Of a DNA stretch of 64,000 nt, positions 10,287-19,651 are shown piece by piece. The position numbers and the translations under genes were made by a program. The first letter of the stretch is position 1, and each line of letters begins with the position of its first letter. A model generated the notes under the pieces. That model worked only from the letters and a program-made list of their open reading frames with translations, did not search any database and had not been told where the DNA came from. Source of the DNA: Candidatus Dormibacteria bacterium (GTDB taxonomy: Bacteria; Chloroflexota; Dormibacteria; Aeolococcales; Bog-877); assembly GCA_046703825.1 (NCBI GenBank), contig JBJKSO010000115.1, positions 1,890 to 65,889 of the forward strand, given 5' to 3'.

Positions 10287-10458
10287 GGGTCAGAGCGGCG
10301 GCTGCCGTTCCTCAGGTTGCCTCTGGGGGCGATCACGTCGGGGACGGCACTAGCCTCCACTTGGTGCGGGCGGCGGCCATCCGCTTGCTAATCGGCCCGG
10401 TTTATGGGTAGGTGCACCAGGGCCCATCTCGGTGGTCGAGTCTAGCAGGCGGCCTCGC

Positions 10459-11388
10459 TCATCGAAACAGGGCTGAGACGCTGCGAGCCTCGTGCACCCG
10501 CACGATCGCCTCCGCGATCAGGGGCGCCACCGACACCTGGCTGACCTTGGGGCTGCGCAGTACCTCGTCGGGGAGACGGATGCTGTCGGTGACCACCAAA
10601 TCGTCGATCGGAGAGTCCATGAGACGGCTGACCGAGTCGTTGCTGAGCACGGCGTGGGTGGCGATGACATCGACCGAGGCCGCCCCGTTCTGCTTGAGGG
10701 CGTTGGCGGCGCCGACCAGGGTCGACCCGGTGGACACCAAATCGTCGATCACGACGCACCTGCTGTCATTGACGTCACCGATGACATGCAGCACCTCTAT
10801 GTCGTCGTTCCTTGGGCGGCGCTTGTCGATGATGGCCAGGGGCGAGTCCAGCCGGCGGGCGATGGCTCGCGCCCGGGCCGTGCCTCCGACGTCTGGGGAG
10901 ACGACGACTATGGGCTGGCGCGCGTGCCGGGAGCGGACGTGCGAGGCCAAGATTTTGTTGGCCGTAAGCGCGTCCACCGGGATGTCGAAGAATCCCTGTA
11001 TGGCCTCGGCATGCAGGTCGAGCACGATGAGCCGCTCAGCTCCCGCCTGCTGTAGGAAGTTGGCCATGAGCTTGGCGGAGATCGGGTCGCGAGCCTGGGT
11101 CTTCTTCTCCTTGCGCTGGTAGCCGTAGTACGGCAGGACCGCGTTGATCCGGGCCGCGCTGGCACGTCGCAGCGCGTCCAGGATGATGAACAGCTCCATG
11201 TAGTTCTCGTTCACGGGGGGCGAGGTCGGCTGGATCAGAAAGACATCGTGGCCCCGCACCGACTCGCCGATCTTCACGTCGAACTCGCCGTCGGCGAAGC
11301 GGTCGACCTGCATGGGCGCCAGCGGGACTCCCACCTCCTCGGCGATCCGCTGTCCCAGCTCCGGGTTGGCGGTCCCGGAGAGCAGCAT
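10459..11388 (-). CDS. prs: ribose-phosphate pyrophosphokinase
   Basis: MLLSGTANPELGQRIAEEVG...; PRPP-binding loop VIDDLVSTGSTL. Alternative TTG at 11412 overlaps the glmU stop. Confidence 0.9.
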   Translation of the reverse strand: MLLSGTANPELGQRIAEEVGVPLAPMQVDRFADGEFDVKIGESVRGHDVFLIQPTSPPVNENYMELFIILDALRRASAARINAVLPYYGYQRKEKKTQARDPISAKLMANFLQQAGAERLIVLDLHAEAIQGFFDIPVDALTANKILASHVRSRHARQPIVVVSPDVGGTARARAIARRLDSPLAIIDKRRPRNDDIEVLHVIGDVNDSRCVVIDDLVSTGSTLVGAANALKQNGAASVDVIATHAVLSNDSVSRLMDSPIDDLVVTDSIRLPDEVLRSPKVSQVSVAPLIAEAIVRVHEARSVSALFR

Positions 11389-11408
11389 CAGCGGCCCCTC
11401 GGCACCCC

Positions 11409-12785
11409 TCAAGATCCACCCTCTGCGGGGTCACGGCGCCGCCGGCGCACCCAATCCATGACGTTGCGCTGCCGGGCGCGAGAGACGGCCAGCGCTCCCG
11501 GGGGGACATCAGCGGTGATCACCGAACCAGCGCCCGTGTAGGCTCCGGAGCCAACCCTGGTCGGGGCCACCAGAACGGTGTTGCTGCCGATGCGGGCACC
11601 GCTCTCGACCACGGTCCGGTGCTTGTCTCGCCCGTCCCAGTTGGCGGTGATCGTTCCAGCCCCGATGTTGACGTCCTCTCCCAGGTCCGCGTCCCCGATG
11701 TAGCTGAGGTGGGGAACTTGGCTACCCGCCCCTACGTAGGAGCGCACCACCTCGGTAAAGGTGCCCAGATGACTCTGGGCAGCCATCTCAGTCCCCGCCC
11801 GGAGGCGATTGAAGGGGCCAATGTCCACGCCGTCAGCCAGCTTACAGGCGACCAAGTGGGCTCGGCTGATCCGGCATCCGTCTCCCACGACGGCATTCTC
11901 CAGTTCGGCAAAGGGTCCCAGATGGCAGGCTCGGCCAATCCTGGTCCCCCCTCGGAGGACCGTGCCCGGTTCTAGGACCGTGTCCTGGCCGACTTCGACA
12001 TCGCAATCCACCCAGGTCGACCCCGGGTCGACCACGGTGACGCCGGCGTGCATCAGGCGCAGCAGCGTCCGCCGACGCAACAGGGCCTCCGCCTGTGCCA
12101 GCTGCACCCGATCGTTGACCTGCTGAGCGTCATCGGCGGTCACCTCCACGGTATCGACGCCCGTCGGCATCCGGGCCGGGGCCCAGCTCAGATAGCGCTC
12201 CCCTTGTGCGTTTCCATCCCCCAGCGTCTCCAGGACCGGCCAGAGGTCTGGCAAACGGAAGCAGTAAGCCCCGGCATTGACCTCGGCCGGTTGCCCGTCC
12301 CAGGGTTCATCCGCCTCTTCCACGATGCCCACCAGCTCACCGCGGTCGTCGCGGCGGATTCGGCCGTAGCCGCGAGCGTCGCGGACTCTGGCCACCGCAA
12401 CCACTGCCCCGGCGGTCCCGCTGGCGGCTCTTCGCGCCAGGAGATCCAGCGCGCTGCCGCCCAAAAGCGGCATGTCTGCCGGCAGCACCAGCACCTCCGG
12501 GCTGTTGTCCAGCAGCGAGCGGGCGGCCAGGAGCGCATCCCCGGTGCCGCCCTGACGCTCCTGGATTGCGATCTCGGCACGCCCATCCAACTCCGCGCGC
12601 ACCGACTCGTGCTTAGCGGCGACTACCACGATTGGGCGGTCGGTGAGCGAGGACGCACTGCGCAGAGAGTGCTCCAGGAGAGTCAGCCCGCCGCAGCGGT
12701 GGAGCACCTTGGGTAGCTGCGAGTTCATCCGGGTGCCCTTTCCGGCCGCGAGGATCACCACGCGCGCACGAATGCGTTCTGACAA
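11409..12785 (-). CDS. glmU: bifunctional UDP-N-acetylglucosamine pyrophosphorylase / glucosamine-1-phosphate N-acetyltransferase
   Basis: N-terminus VVILAAGKGTRM and C-terminal left-handed beta-helix hexapeptide repeats; classic glmU-prs pairing. Confidence 0.9.
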   Translation of the reverse strand: MSERIRARVVILAAGKGTRMNSQLPKVLHRCGGLTLLEHSLRSASSLTDRPIVVVAAKHESVRAELDGRAEIAIQERQGGTGDALLAARSLLDNSPEVLVLPADMPLLGGSALDLLARRAASGTAGAVVAVARVRDARGYGRIRRDDRGELVGIVEEADEPWDGQPAEVNAGAYCFRLPDLWPVLETLGDGNAQGERYLSWAPARMPTGVDTVEVTADDAQQVNDRVQLAQAEALLRRRTLLRLMHAGVTVVDPGSTWVDCDVEVGQDTVLEPGTVLRGGTRIGRACHLGPFAELENAVVGDGCRISRAHLVACKLADGVDIGPFNRLRAGTEMAAQSHLGTFTEVVRSYVGAGSQVPHLSYIGDADLGEDVNIGAGTITANWDGRDKHRTVVESGARIGSNTVLVAPTRVGSGAYTGAGSVITADVPPGALAVSRARQRNVMDWVRRRRRDPAEGGS

Positions 12786-12868
12786 TTCCCACCCTGCAGC
12801 CCCGGGCCGGTACCGCCGCCCGGCGAGTATAGCAACGCCCTCTTCGAGCCAACACGTGGGCCTCCGCT

Positions 12869-13693
12869 ATGCTCGCGCAAGTGACATCTGCGGGGGGCGA
12901 AGGCCTGGACGCCGCTGTCCGCTCCGACCGCCCGGCCGGAGCGGTGCTCCGATTGACCCTGAACCGACCCTCCCAGCGCAACGCGCTGAGCGGCGACCTT
13001 GCCGTCGGACTGCGGGCGGCTCTTCACGACGCGGCCCGGGACCACGAGGCCCGCGTCGCCATCATCACGGGGGCGGGACCGGCGTTCTGCGCGGGAGCGG
13101 ATCTGGGGTCGCTGCGGGCGGGGGCCGATCTGGAGGCCCTGCGCGAGCGCCTCGCCGAGTACTACCGAACGTTCTTGGATCTGCTGGAGTTCCCGCTTCC
13201 GACCGTGGCCGCGGTCAACGGCGCCGCGGTGGGAGCTGGCCTGAATCTGGCGCTGTGCTGTGATCTGCGCATCGCCGCCTCCGGAGCCGTCCTCTCAGCC
13301 CCGTTCGTGCGCCTCGGCATCCATCCCGGCGGGGGTTGCGATTGGCTGCTGCCGCGCCTTGGCGGAGCCGGGTTGGCCAGGGAGATGCTGCTGCTCGGGG
13401 AGCGGGTACCGGCCGAGCGCGCGTACGCGAGCGGCCTGGTCAACCAGGTGGTCCCGCCCGAGCGGCTGGAGGAGGCCGCCCTCAACGTCGCGGAGCGCTT
13501 GGCTGCGCTGCCGGGGCGGCTCCTGCGCGAGATCCGCCAGACGCTGCGGGCCTCAGAGCAGGGAGCTTCATTCGAGCAGGTGCTGGAGCAGGAGACAGAC
13601 ATCCAGGCCCGCTCCTTGCTCAGCGAGAACGCGACCGAGGGCTGGAACGCCTTCCTCGAGCGCCGGCCTCCCCGCTTCTCCCAGGACCGCTGA
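12869..13693 (+). CDS. enoyl-CoA hydratase/isomerase (crotonase) family protein
   Basis: ITGAGPAFCAGADL oxyanion-hole motif; 274 aa. Confidence 0.8.
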   Translation: MLAQVTSAGGEGLDAAVRSDRPAGAVLRLTLNRPSQRNALSGDLAVGLRAALHDAARDHEARVAIITGAGPAFCAGADLGSLRAGADLEALRERLAEYYRTFLDLLEFPLPTVAAVNGAAVGAGLNLALCCDLRIAASGAVLSAPFVRLGIHPGGGCDWLLPRLGGAGLAREMLLLGERVPAERAYASGLVNQVVPPERLEEAALNVAERLAALPGRLLREIRQTLRASEQGASFEQVLEQETDIQARSLLSENATEGWNAFLERRPPRFSQDR

Positions 13694-14366
13694 CCCCGCG
13701 GCGGCCTGACGCCGCCTTGAGCGTCGACGAGGGGCACCACCCCTCCAACACGCAGGCCTCACAGCGCGGACGCCGAGCCGCGCAGACGCGCCGGCCGTGC
13801 AAGATCAGGCGCAGGCTGAGCCCTGTCCATTCAACGGGGGGAACCATGGCGCACACCTCTCGCTCGATGCGCTTTGGGTCCGTGGTCTTGACCAGCCCGA
13901 GCCGCTTGGTGAGCCGTGTCACATGGGTGTCCACGGCGAAGCCCGGCTTGCCGAAACCCACCCCCAGAATCACGTTCGCCGTCTTCCTGCCAACCCCCGG
14001 CAGTCGGGTGAGGTCCTCCATCGTGTCCGGCACCCGGCCATCGAACTCCGCGACCAGGAGTTGGCCCATCCCGATCAGCGCCCGGGCTTTGCTGTGGAAG
14101 AAGCCCGTCGGCCGGATGATCTCCTCCAGTGCGGTCGAGTCCGCGCTGGCGTAGTCCTGGGCCGACTTCATTGCTGCGAAGAGCGTGGGAGTCACCGAAT
14201 TCACGCGCTGGTCGGTGGTCTGAGCGGACAGGATCGTCGCCACCAGCAGTTCCAGCGGGTTCTTGTGCTGCAGCTCACAGGCCGCCGGGTAGCTGTCCGC
14301 CAGCGCTCGGACGGTGGCTAACGCTCGCTGCTTGGCCGTCCGGGGACGCACCGATACTTCCGTCAA
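13620..14366 (-). CDS. nth: endonuclease III
   Basis: ELLVATILSAQTTDQRVN, HhH-GPD LPGVGRKTANVIL, 4Fe-4S cluster CEACVLEGWC. TTG start with GAGGTG upstream. Confidence 0.85.
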   Translation of the reverse strand: MTEVSVRPRTAKQRALATVRALADSYPAACELQHKNPLELLVATILSAQTTDQRVNSVTPTLFAAMKSAQDYASADSTALEEIIRPTGFFHSKARALIGMGQLLVAEFDGRVPDTMEDLTRLPGVGRKTANVILGVGFGKPGFAVDTHVTRLTKRLGLVKTTDPKRIEREVCAMVPPVEWTGLSLRLILHGRRVCAARRPRCEACVLEGWCPSSTLKAASGRRGVSGPGRSGEAGARGRRSSPRSRSR

Positions 14367-14419
14367 GGTCTACACCTCGTGGCGGGCCTGGCTCGGGGTG
14401 AGCCAAGTATCCTGATCTC

Positions 14420-14908
14420 ATGCTGGCTGGCTTCCTGCGAACGCCCCTGGGACGCATTGGCAGGCTGGCGCAGGCAATGGCCCTCGGCGCACTGGTCCTT
14501 CTCCTCGCGGGCTGTGCTGCCGAAGGGAACGTTGGCTCCCCGCCGGACGCCCATGCCCCGATCCCTCCTGGAAACCAAGTGTCGGAGGCCAACAGCACGC
14601 TTGCTTTGCGAGCGCTGCCCAAGCCTCCATCCAACCCGGACTACCGGATCATCATCTACCACAACGTCAACACCGTGGGCGAGTTCGTGCCCGAGAGCTT
14701 GACGGTCACAGTGGGGTCGACCGTCGAGTGGATCTGGACCGACAAGTTCGACATGCACAACGTCTGGTGGATCGACCAGCAGCTCACGAACTCCCCCACC
14801 GAGGGCTCCGGCTACAAGTGGGCGGTGAAGTTTCTCGCTCCCGGCGTGTACGACTACTACTGCACCCTGCACCCAGGCATGCTAGGCCGTGTCATCGTCA
14901 AGAAGTAG
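14420..14908 (+). CDS. cupredoxin (plastocyanin/azurin-like blue copper) lipoprotein
   Basis: Lipobox LLAGC; type-1 copper motif YYCTLHPGMLG (C-x2-H-x2-M). Confidence 0.65.
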   Translation: MLAGFLRTPLGRIGRLAQAMALGALVLLLAGCAAEGNVGSPPDAHAPIPPGNQVSEANSTLALRALPKPPSNPDYRIIIYHNVNTVGEFVPESLTVTVGSTVEWIWTDKFDMHNVWWIDQQLTNSPTEGSGYKWAVKFLAPGVYDYYCTLHPGMLGRVIVKK

Positions 14909-15323
14909 GCTGCTCCGAGCTCTGGTAGTTCCCTGCCTACTCGGCTTGGGCGGGCTCTTGCTGAGCGCGTGCGTCAGCCCCGTCCCACTGGCCCGCACCA
15001 ACTTGCAGTCCTTCTTGGTCTACGTCCAGTCCCACTCGGTGGCCTACGCGTACGACCAGCTGTCCCAGACGGCCAGCAGCCGCACCGACTATGACTCGTT
15101 CTTCAATCTGGTGATGGCCACCAACGCGACGTACAAGGTGCAATCGGCCCGGGTGATCTCTAGCACCGAAGTGGCGTTCCGAGTGCGCGTGCAGCCGAAG
15201 GTCGCCGGAGCCAAGGCGCACGTGATCGGCGTCCAGATGTTGGAGGAAGGTAACGCCGGCAACTGGGCCGTGAACGCCCCGTTCTCGATCGACGGGGCCG
15301 CCGCATTACACCAGTTCGGGTAA
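14889..15323 (+). CDS. hypothetical lipoprotein
   Basis: Signal peptide with lipobox LLSAC; no recognisable domain. Confidence 0.45.
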   Translation: MSSSRSRLLRALVVPCLLGLGGLLLSACVSPVPLARTNLQSFLVYVQSHSVAYAYDQLSQTASSRTDYDSFFNLVMATNATYKVQSARVISSTEVAFRVRVQPKVAGAKAHVIGVQMLEEGNAGNWAVNAPFSIDGAAALHQFG

Positions 15324-15338
15324 CCGAGCCCGCACCAG

Positions 15339-15764
15339 TCAGTCGGGAGCGAGGGCGCCCACCGCCGGCGTGGGGGTAGCCTCCGCGGCGGCGGCTGTTG
15401 GAAGGTCGCTGCCCTTCTCGAGCAGCGGCAAGAGCACATCGCTGACCCCCTGGCGGACCAAAAACGCCCAGCCCTCAGCAGCGGCGACTGGCACGCTGGC
15501 CACGACCTGATCGCCGACAAGCTCAACCGCCCAGCCGGCAGCCTCCAGCCGTCGCAGCACCTCGCTTATCAAGTTCAAGCGGTGCTTGATCTCCTGGGCG
15601 GCAGCAGCCAGCCGAGCCGACACCGGCAAGCTGGCCACTGTGGGTCGGTCCGGGAACGCCAGCGAGTGGAGTTCAAAGTAGGCGTCTTTGATCGGCGAAG
15701 AGTGCCGGGTAACCGCCTGGTACTCCACGGACGCTCTGCCCAGCGGTCGCAGCACCAGCTTCAA
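15339..15764 (-). CDS. hypothetical protein, paralog of the upstream gene
   Basis: 141 aa, shares MKLVLRPL...QAVT...YFEL.SL.FPDRP...SAR.AA...KHRL with 15761..16282. ATGA-type 4-nt overlap with that gene. Confidence 0.5.
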   Translation of the reverse strand: MKLVLRPLGRASVEYQAVTRHSSPIKDAYFELHSLAFPDRPTVASLPVSARLAAAAQEIKHRLNLISEVLRRLEAAGWAVELVGDQVVASVPVAAAEGWAFLVRQGVSDVLLPLLEKGSDLPTAAAAEATPTPAVGALAPD

Positions 15765-16282
15765 GTCCCATGCCCCCGTGATATCCGTCTGTGCCAGCGC
15801 CAGCGGCCGAAGGTCGCGCTGGCCGCCAGCGTCCCTATGGCTGCCAAGGCTAGCAGGGACTTCCGACGCCAGTCCTCGATCGTCAACTCATAGTCACTGA
15901 GCTTCGGTTGCGCCTCTGCCACCCCGACCGTCTCCAGCAGGCCACGGATGTGGTCGCTGATGCCTTGCTCCTGCAGCAACGCCCACGCCTCGTTGCCGGA
16001 CAGATCGGTCTGGATCACGACGTCGCCGTCGACGATGTCGGTCCGCCATCCAAGATTCTCGATGCGGCGAACGACGTCGGTCATCATCCCGAGGCGGTGC
16101 TTGAGCACTTGGTCCAGCGCCGCGATGCGCGCCGAGGCCGGCATATCGTCGGCAAGAGGGCGGTCCGGGAAGCCCAAGGATCGCAACTCGAAGTATTTCT
16201 CGGTGCCAGGAGAGAACGGCCCTTTGGTCACCGCCTGCAGCTCGACCCCCGGATTACGCAGGGGCTTGAGAATGAGCCGCAT
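15761..16282 (-). CDS. hypothetical protein with C-terminal transmembrane anchor (paralog of 15339..15764)
   Basis: 173 aa; C-terminal hydrophobic helix LLALAAIGTLAASATFG; translationally coupled to the CydA-like gene upstream. Confidence 0.5.
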   Translation of the reverse strand: MRLILKPLRNPGVELQAVTKGPFSPGTEKYFELRSLGFPDRPLADDMPASARIAALDQVLKHRLGMMTDVVRRIENLGWRTDIVDGDVVIQTDLSGNEAWALLQEQGISDHIRGLLETVGVAEAQPKLSDYELTIEDWRRKSLLALAAIGTLAASATFGRWRWHRRISRGHGT

Positions 16283-17679
16283 CAGCCCGAAGGGTTCTGG
16301 GTCGTGCTGTTGGTGGCTTGACCGCCCAGGGCGGGCCCGGCCTGCTGGGTCGGCACAAAGTTCTGCTGCTGGTTGATCAGCATCTTGTTGGTGATCAGAA
16401 ATGGTCCGCGCGAGTTCTCACGGATAAAGCCCATCAGCGCCATGATTAGCACGATGGCAACTCCAACCGTCACCAGTGCCGCCGCTTGCCCCCTGGTAGC
16501 ATCTCCCCACCGCAGGCGCCCCACGCTCACGTGCTTGGCATATATCGTCAAGGCGAAGATGCTCACAAACGTGAAGGTTACCAAGGCGGTGATCTTCCAA
16601 GGGATCATGGCACCCCAGGGAATTATCAGGCCACCCTGCCAAATTGGAACATTTGCATTCGCCGCGAACACACTCTCGTAGCTCCACGACAACGAATAAG
16701 GAGTGGAGATGAGGGCCCAAGCGCCCAACGACAGCAGCACCGAGATCCCGAGCGCCGGAGATCGGAAGCCGCTACTTCGCACCCGTCGCCAGAGATAGTA
16801 GATGCCGACAGTGAATATCAAGCCAAGCAGGAATACCTGGAACATGAAAGCCACGCTGAGGCCACCCAGCATCATGTCGTACCAGGATGCGTAGGCGTGA
16901 AGTTGTATCTCTTTGGCGTAGGCCCACCCGATCAGCGGCTGGGTCAGGGTGAAGCCGATCGCGTAGATCATCCCGTAGTGGCCCATCCAGTCAAGGTACG
17001 CCCGCTTTTCCTTCACCTTGGTGAAGAGCAGCCGACCGCCCGCGGAGAGCGCAATCAGGCCCCCGGCGAATGCGACATTGCCGACCATGCGATGCAGATT
17101 CAGAGGGATCTCAGTGGGATTGATCAAATTGCCCGCCAGGTCCAAGCTCGGTCTCGGCGTGAGCATGTAGGAGGCGATGATGTCGATCAATGTGAACTGG
17201 ATCAGCCCATTCACTGCCAGGAGTATCTCAACCCCGAGTCTCAAAGGACGCGCCTGGGCGAGACGATCCCAGTTGGCGTAGAGGGTGTACAAGCAGATGA
17301 TCTCGCCGACGAAGGCGAGCGCCTCGGCGACGAAAGGCCAGAAGAGCACGCGCTGCAGCGACACGTAGAAGTGGGCCCACAGGCCGTTGAAGATGATCAT
17401 GACCCCGAAGATCGCAATCGCCCCACCAAATGCGAACGCAGCCCCAAGCACTTTGACCAGGGATGACGAAAAGCGCTCGTAGTGGGGGTCCTTCCGCTTC
17501 CAGCCCAAGAAGTCGGAGACGGCGAGGATGGTGTAGCCGCCCTGCTGGAAGGCGGCGAACTGGACGTGGGTCAACATGGTCACTGCAACCAGCGCCGTGG
17601 CCACGCCCGTCGACACCTTGACGGGCACTAGCTGCGGGCCAGAGGCCAGCAGCAAGTGGAAGAGCACCTGCAGGCTCAT
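16282..17679 (-). CDS. cytochrome bd ubiquinol oxidase subunit I (CydA)-like membrane protein, paralog 2
   Basis: Polytopic membrane protein. Segments match my recollection of E. coli CydA: ...EALAFVGE..LYANWDRL (cf. FLEST...GWDRL) and C-terminal MGFIRENSRGPFLI (cf. GWFVAEYGRQPWAI). ATG 17679 overlaps the cytochrome b stop (ATGA). Confidence 0.6.
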   Translation of the reverse strand: MSLQVLFHLLLASGPQLVPVKVSTGVATALVAVTMLTHVQFAAFQQGGYTILAVSDFLGWKRKDPHYERFSSSLVKVLGAAFAFGGAIAIFGVMIIFNGLWAHFYVSLQRVLFWPFVAEALAFVGEIICLYTLYANWDRLAQARPLRLGVEILLAVNGLIQFTLIDIIASYMLTPRPSLDLAGNLINPTEIPLNLHRMVGNVAFAGGLIALSAGGRLLFTKVKEKRAYLDWMGHYGMIYAIGFTLTQPLIGWAYAKEIQLHAYASWYDMMLGGLSVAFMFQVFLLGLIFTVGIYYLWRRVRSSGFRSPALGISVLLSLGAWALISTPYSLSWSYESVFAANANVPIWQGGLIIPWGAMIPWKITALVTFTFVSIFALTIYAKHVSVGRLRWGDATRGQAAALVTVGVAIVLIMALMGFIRENSRGPFLITNKMLINQQQNFVPTQQAGPALGGQATNSTTQNPSG

Positions 17680-18908
17680 AGATTGAAGAGCCGGTTGACT
17701 CCGAGGAGAGTCTCGTAGAGGATGAAGCCGATCACGAACGCCGCCGGGATCATCACCTCCGGCCGCCGCCACGGCTCACGCTCCGGGCTTCGGTCGAGCC
17801 AGGGAAGCATGAACAGCAGGGTGGTCGCGATCCCCGGCAGCACGAAAGCGCCCACCGGGATCATCCAAGCCTGCGGGAATTGCACCAGCATCTGGTCGAG
17901 GGGCAAGAAGAACCACTCCGGCGTCGGCACGTAGTTCAGGATCGCCGGGTTGGCAGGAGCCTCCAGCGGTGCGCCGACTACGATCGCCATCACAAAAATG
18001 ATCACCACCAGGCCAAAGCTGACCAGCGCGTCCTTGAACACCTGGGACGGGAAGAACTCGTCCAGGTCCATGGGCACGGCGTAGCCGGGATCGGTCGGCC
18101 GCGTCGGATAGGGCGGCTCTGCCTCCGCCATCCTCCGAGCCCGCTGGTCATCGGTCTCTTCGCGGACGCCCTCGTAGTTGACCCACGAACCGTGCTCGCC
18201 GTGACGTCGCAGCAGGATCAGGTGCAAGCCGATGAGTGGGACGAGCAGGGCTGGCAATAGCCAGATGTGGATGGCAAAGAAGCGGGTCAAGGTAGCAGGT
18301 CCCATCTGCGAGCCTCCCCGCAGGATCTCCTGGAGCTGCCCGCCAAAAATGGGTAGGTAGTTGACGATGTGAGTAACCACCTGTGCGGTGAAGTAAGAGG
18401 CATTGTCCCAGGGCAGCATGGCCCCGGTAATGCCAAGCCCTAGCACCAAGAGGAACAGGATTACGCCGGACAGCCAGTTCAACTCTCTGGGGCGCTTGTA
18501 AGAGCCACTGACAAACGTCCTGATCATGTGCAAGCCAATCACAACCAACAGGATGTACGCCCCCCAGAGGTGCATGCCTCTGACAATCGCACCGAACTCA
18601 TCGTGATGCTCGGTCCAATTGAGACTTATCCAAGCCTCCGTTGTGGACGGAACATAAGTCCACAGCAAGAACATCCCGGTCACTATTTGCAGCACGATGA
18701 TTATCAATGTGGCGCTACCGAGCGAGTAGGCCCAGGCTCCCCGTCTAGGGACCGCTTCGTAGAGCAACTGGTGGGTTATGTCCGTTACCCCCAATCGCTC
18801 GTCGACCCAGCGGTACGTTGCGGCCAACGGAACAGCCACCGGACGGGTGAGCCTGTTCACCAGTTCGCTGCGCTGCCCGTTCTCGAGTTCGATCTGCTGC
18901 TTGGCCAT
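17676..18908 (-). CDS. cytochrome b (bc-complex, b6-type His spacing)
   Basis: MAKQQIELENGQRSELVNRLT...; heme-ligand pairs GMHLWGAYILLVVIGLHM and AIHIWLLPALLVPLIGLH. ATG at 18908 lies 2 nt after the Rieske stop. Confidence 0.85.
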   Translation of the reverse strand: MAKQQIELENGQRSELVNRLTRPVAVPLAATYRWVDERLGVTDITHQLLYEAVPRRGAWAYSLGSATLIIIVLQIVTGMFLLWTYVPSTTEAWISLNWTEHHDEFGAIVRGMHLWGAYILLVVIGLHMIRTFVSGSYKRPRELNWLSGVILFLLVLGLGITGAMLPWDNASYFTAQVVTHIVNYLPIFGGQLQEILRGGSQMGPATLTRFFAIHIWLLPALLVPLIGLHLILLRRHGEHGSWVNYEGVREETDDQRARRMAEAEPPYPTRPTDPGYAVPMDLDEFFPSQVFKDALVSFGLVVIIFVMAIVVGAPLEAPANPAILNYVPTPEWFFLPLDQMLVQFPQAWMIPVGAFVLPGIATTLLFMLPWLDRSPEREPWRRPEVMIPAAFVIGFILYETLLGVNRLFNL

Positions 18909-18910
18909 CG

Positions 18911-19426
18911 TTATGCGGAGTAACTCACGAGGATGTTTCTGACCCAGAGGGTGCTGCCTACCATCTTGTGCTGGTAACGGAACAGCGGCCATGGCGGCGG
19001 GCCACCCACGTTCACTCCTTCGATGCTGTAGAGCCCCCCGTGACACGGGCACAAGAATTGTTGCAGGTTGATATCCCAGTGGACGTCGCACTGCATATGG
19101 GTGCACACGTTGGACAGCGTAATCAGCTGCACCTTCCCGCTGAAGTTGAGTTTTACTACATACACTATTCTCGGGCTGGGCGGCGACGGCCAAGCTTCGC
19201 CGACCGGCAGGTCGACCACATAGGCGGTGGGCAGTCCGACCGGGACTTTGCTGATATCAGCGACCATGACCCAGGGGTGGCGGCGGCGAGCGAAGAGCGG
19301 GCTGATAATTGACCCAACTATCGGGCCGCCGATCAACAGGGTGGTGGCCCCTCCGACGACATTGATACCCATGACCATGAACCGCCGGCGGCTCACCTTG
19401 CGCGTGACGAAACCCTGCTCAGCCAC
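18911..19426 (-). CDS. Rieske [2Fe-2S] iron-sulfur protein with twin-arginine signal
   Basis: Tat motif SRRRFMVMG; Rieske boxes CTHMQC and CPCHGG; GTG start. Confidence 0.85.
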   Translation of the reverse strand: MAEQGFVTRKVSRRRFMVMGINVVGGATTLLIGGPIVGSIISPLFARRRHPWVMVADISKVPVGLPTAYVVDLPVGEAWPSPPSPRIVYVVKLNFSGKVQLITLSNVCTHMQCDVHWDINLQQFLCPCHGGLYSIEGVNVGGPPPWPLFRYQHKMVGSTLWVRNILVSYSA

Positions 19427-19613
19427 TGCCGTTGTGAACTATTCCGATCAGGAGAGCCAACATCATCCCGAGAACGAACAGCGTTGTGTAGGCGGCCGCA
19501 GCGCCCGCATACCACATGACGCCCAGCCCGCCCTCGGCGCTGCGCACACGCCGAAGCCGCCGGAACACCATCCAGCTGGCCATGACCGTGAGGGCGAAGA
19601 ACCCAGTAAACAT
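19419..19613 (-). CDS. small two-helix membrane protein (64 aa), not in standard-size gene calls
   Basis: Sequence MFTGFFALTVMASWMVFRRLRRVRSAEGGLGVMWYAGAAAAYTTLFVLGMMLALLIGIVHNGSG. Two hydrophobic helices with a basic loop. Sits between the CydA-like and Rieske genes, overlapping the Rieske GTG by 8 nt. Confidence 0.35.
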   Translation of the reverse strand: MFTGFFALTVMASWMVFRRLRRVRSAEGGLGVMWYAGAAAAYTTLFVLGMMLALLIGIVHNGSG

Positions 19614-19651
19614 GATCCCCAGATCCCACGCCGATTCAAAGTCCTGATAGT

